The translations under genes and the position numbers were made by a program. The notes beneath the pieces are model-generated. The model had not been told where the DNA came from. It made no database searches and worked only from the letters and a program-made list of their open reading frames with translations. From Dictyostelium discoideum (Eukaryota), in NCBI GenBank assembly GCA_000004695.1, contig CM000154.2, forward strand, positions 3,360,001 through 3,424,000: a stretch of 64,000 nt of DNA, written 5' to 3'. Positions 63,946-64,000 of this stretch are shown in pieces; position 1 is the first letter of the stretch; every line of letters starts with the position of its first letter.

Positions 63946-64000
63946 TTTTTTATAATTTATTAAATAATATAGTTTACTGAATTTAATAAACAATGATTTA

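Overview
This window is eukaryotic, not prokaryotic. About 78% AT, long (AAT)n/(CAA)n coding microsatellites giving poly-Asn/poly-Gln tracts, homopolymer-rich intergenic DNA and short 60-240 nt introns of GTAAGT...(T)nAG type all point to Dictyostelium discoideum-like social-amoeba nuclear DNA. I see no CRISPR array, bacterial operon, rRNA or convincing tRNA gene, and no sign of a prokaryotic defence system. The ORF track uses alternative start codons (TTG/GTG/CTG printed as M), so several listed ORFs are exon fragments and true ATGs lie elsewhere. By splicing ORFs manually I reconstruct about 24 protein-coding genes at roughly 1 gene per 2.6 kb. They are: a Cid1/Trf4-type non-canonical poly(A) polymerase (partial at the window start); two tandem DUF829/TMEM53-like genes; a small type I membrane protein; a CCDC124/Lso2 homologue; a tandem pair of ~1000-aa paralogues with a distant third copy; a ponticulin-like Cys-rich GPI protein; a Thr/Asn-rich membrane protein; a 1.1-kaa GPI-anchored mucin-like protein built from about 2.3 kb of GGNSGGAT minisatellite; a class I sirtuin (542 aa, 2 exons); a ubiquitin-like-domain protein; a C-type lectin + multi IPT/TIG + EGF + TM receptor of the Tgr/Tiger type (3 exons); a tomosyn/Lgl family protein with a C-terminal R-SNARE motif (4 exons); Mediator subunit Med24 (7 exons, clear N-terminal similarity to human MED24); an isolated 109-aa HTH transposase-like ORF; a GT2 glycosyltransferase (2 exons); a secreted protein; a phospholipid scramblase (2 exons); and two paralogous Q/N-rich nuclear-type proteins that share a conserved C-terminal domain (possibly CudA-like). 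Points worth a second look: the lectin/IPT receptor next to a hyper-repetitive GPI mucin (a cell-recognition-type locus); the HTH transposase relic; non-canonical GTTTGT donors; G-box/GT-rich promoter islands; and a ~180-bp direct duplication at the 3' end.
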